Positions 62,888-64,000 of a DNA stretch of 64,000 nt are shown piece after piece. The translations under genes were made by a program, and so were the position numbers. The stretch is from Octopus vulgaris. Taxonomy: Eukaryota. A model generated the notes under the pieces. The model was not told where the DNA came from and made no database searches. It saw only the letters and a list, made by a program, of their open reading frames with translations. The DNA is taken from positions 10,044,001-10,108,000 of the forward strand of contig OX597824.1 in the NCBI GenBank assembly GCA_951406725.2, written 5' to 3'. Every line of letters starts with the position of its first letter. Positions within the stretch are counted from its first letter, which is position 1.

Positions 62888-62984
62888 CTAGACACCTTTA
62901 CCAGAGTGACTACAGAATATTTGCATCATATACCACCTCACATCAAGCAGAAATTTGTCAGACTTTTACCTTCTGAAAAACCAG
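62888..62984 (+). CDS. DDX28: DDX28 exon (LDTFTRVTTEYLHHIPPHIKQKFVRLLPSEKP)
   Basis: TTACAG / GTAAGT, 97 nt. Confidence 0.92.
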
Positions 62985-63532
62985 GTAAGTAACCCTAATG
63001 AATATTCATCATTAAGGGGAGCTGTTTGATCTTCGTAAGTTTTTCTGTGACATTTGATGCCTTAACTACTCTTTTATGTGTTTCAGTCATTTGACTGTGG
63101 CCATGCTGGAGCACCGCCTTTAGTCAAGGAAATCGACCCCAGGACTTATCCTTTGTAAGCCTAGTACTTATTCTATCTGTCTCTTTTGCCGAACCGCTAA
63201 GTTACGGGTATGTAAACACACCAGCATCCGTTGTCAAGGGATGTTGGTGGAGACAAACACAAACACACAAACGCACACACATATATATATATATGATGGG
63301 CTTCTTTCAGTTTCCATCCACCAAATCCACTCACAAGGCTTTGGTCAGCACAAGGCCATAGTAGAAGACACTTGCCCAAGGTGTCGCATTGTGAGACTGA
63401 ACCAAAGACCACATGGCTGAGAATCAATTTTCTTAACTACACAACTGCCTGCATTTGTATATGAAACTAATTATTATTCTGTTATGAAATGTGAGAAGAT
63501 TAAATAGTAACAAAGAAAGATTTTGCTTTCAG

Positions 63533-63678
63533 GTTTTGTATTGAAGTTTGCCAAAAAGAATAAGATGTCTTCGGTGATGTTATTTTGCAAGGACAATTCT
63601 AGCAGTTATTGGTTATACAAGTTCTTAGAGGAAAATGGTGTATCAGCTGCTCTGTTTAATGGAAACGTCTTTGCTGAG
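63533..63678 (+). CDS. DDX28: DDX28 exon, motif IV (GFVLKFAKKNKMSSVMLFCKDNSSSYWL...NGNVFAE)
   Basis: TTTCAG / GTTAGT, 146 nt. Confidence 0.9.
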
Positions 63679-64000
63679 GTTAGTGTGATTTCTTGAATAA
63701 TTAAACTCTTTACCTATTTTAATACTTTTCTATGTCTTTTATTTTGTTACTTTACATTCTGTTTGCCATACTAAAATGTAAGGTCGTTTTCACAAATTTG
63801 CCCATCGACTTAGTCATCTCATCAGCCTCTGGTCATTTACTGTCTTGAATATGTGGATTCCATAGTGTATAAGTGATCAAGATCACAACATACCCTCTGA
63901 ACAGGACCTCAGTCTGTGACAACTGGTTAAATCTGTCCAATTGGTTAAATCTGGCTTCTCACCCCTACCCTCCAATGGTGTTCTAAAAATAGGCAATCAC

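Larger units (their letters stand above)
47786..63678 (+). other. DDX28: DDX28 gene span (mitochondrial DEAD-box RNA helicase), 437 codons in window, 3' end beyond the window
   Basis: Q motif (SFEDLNL...PTDVQ), AAETGSGKT, VPSRELA, TPGAL, VLDEADTLLDDSF, SAT. The N-terminal LASYGWKHRKSVGDHF motif is characteristic of DDX28. Confidence 0.92.

Overview
Animal (eukaryotic) genomic DNA, AT-rich and packed with SINEs and microsatellites. The repeat families suggest an octopus/coleoid cephalopod genome (inference). Three spliced genes can be rebuilt by hand from GT-AG exons with consistent phases. (1) IQUB on + (5' end outside the window; confident exons 6617-24737, plus candidate acidic exons at 411-521, 2313-2375 and 3918-3974). 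(2) BABAM2/BRE on - (complete, 11 coding exons, 45841 to 30926, 378 aa). (3) The mitochondrial DEAD-box helicase DDX28 on + (ATG 47786, 11 exons in the window, runs off the right end). BABAM2 and DDX28 are head-to-head; IQUB and BABAM2 are convergent. Most entries in the ORF track are spurious repeat translations. Introns hold several SINE families, RTE/CR1/R4 LINE remnants, a nested mariner, Helitrons, piggyBac MITEs, a solo LTR and a decayed U6 copy. The most notable non-genic signal is a set of minimal hammerhead-ribozyme-like motifs in Penelope-like repeat fragments. Five cluster in one IQUB intron among (TA)n tracts, and one is fused to a tRNA-like Pol III head (40441-40742). All family names come from motif recognition, not from database searches.
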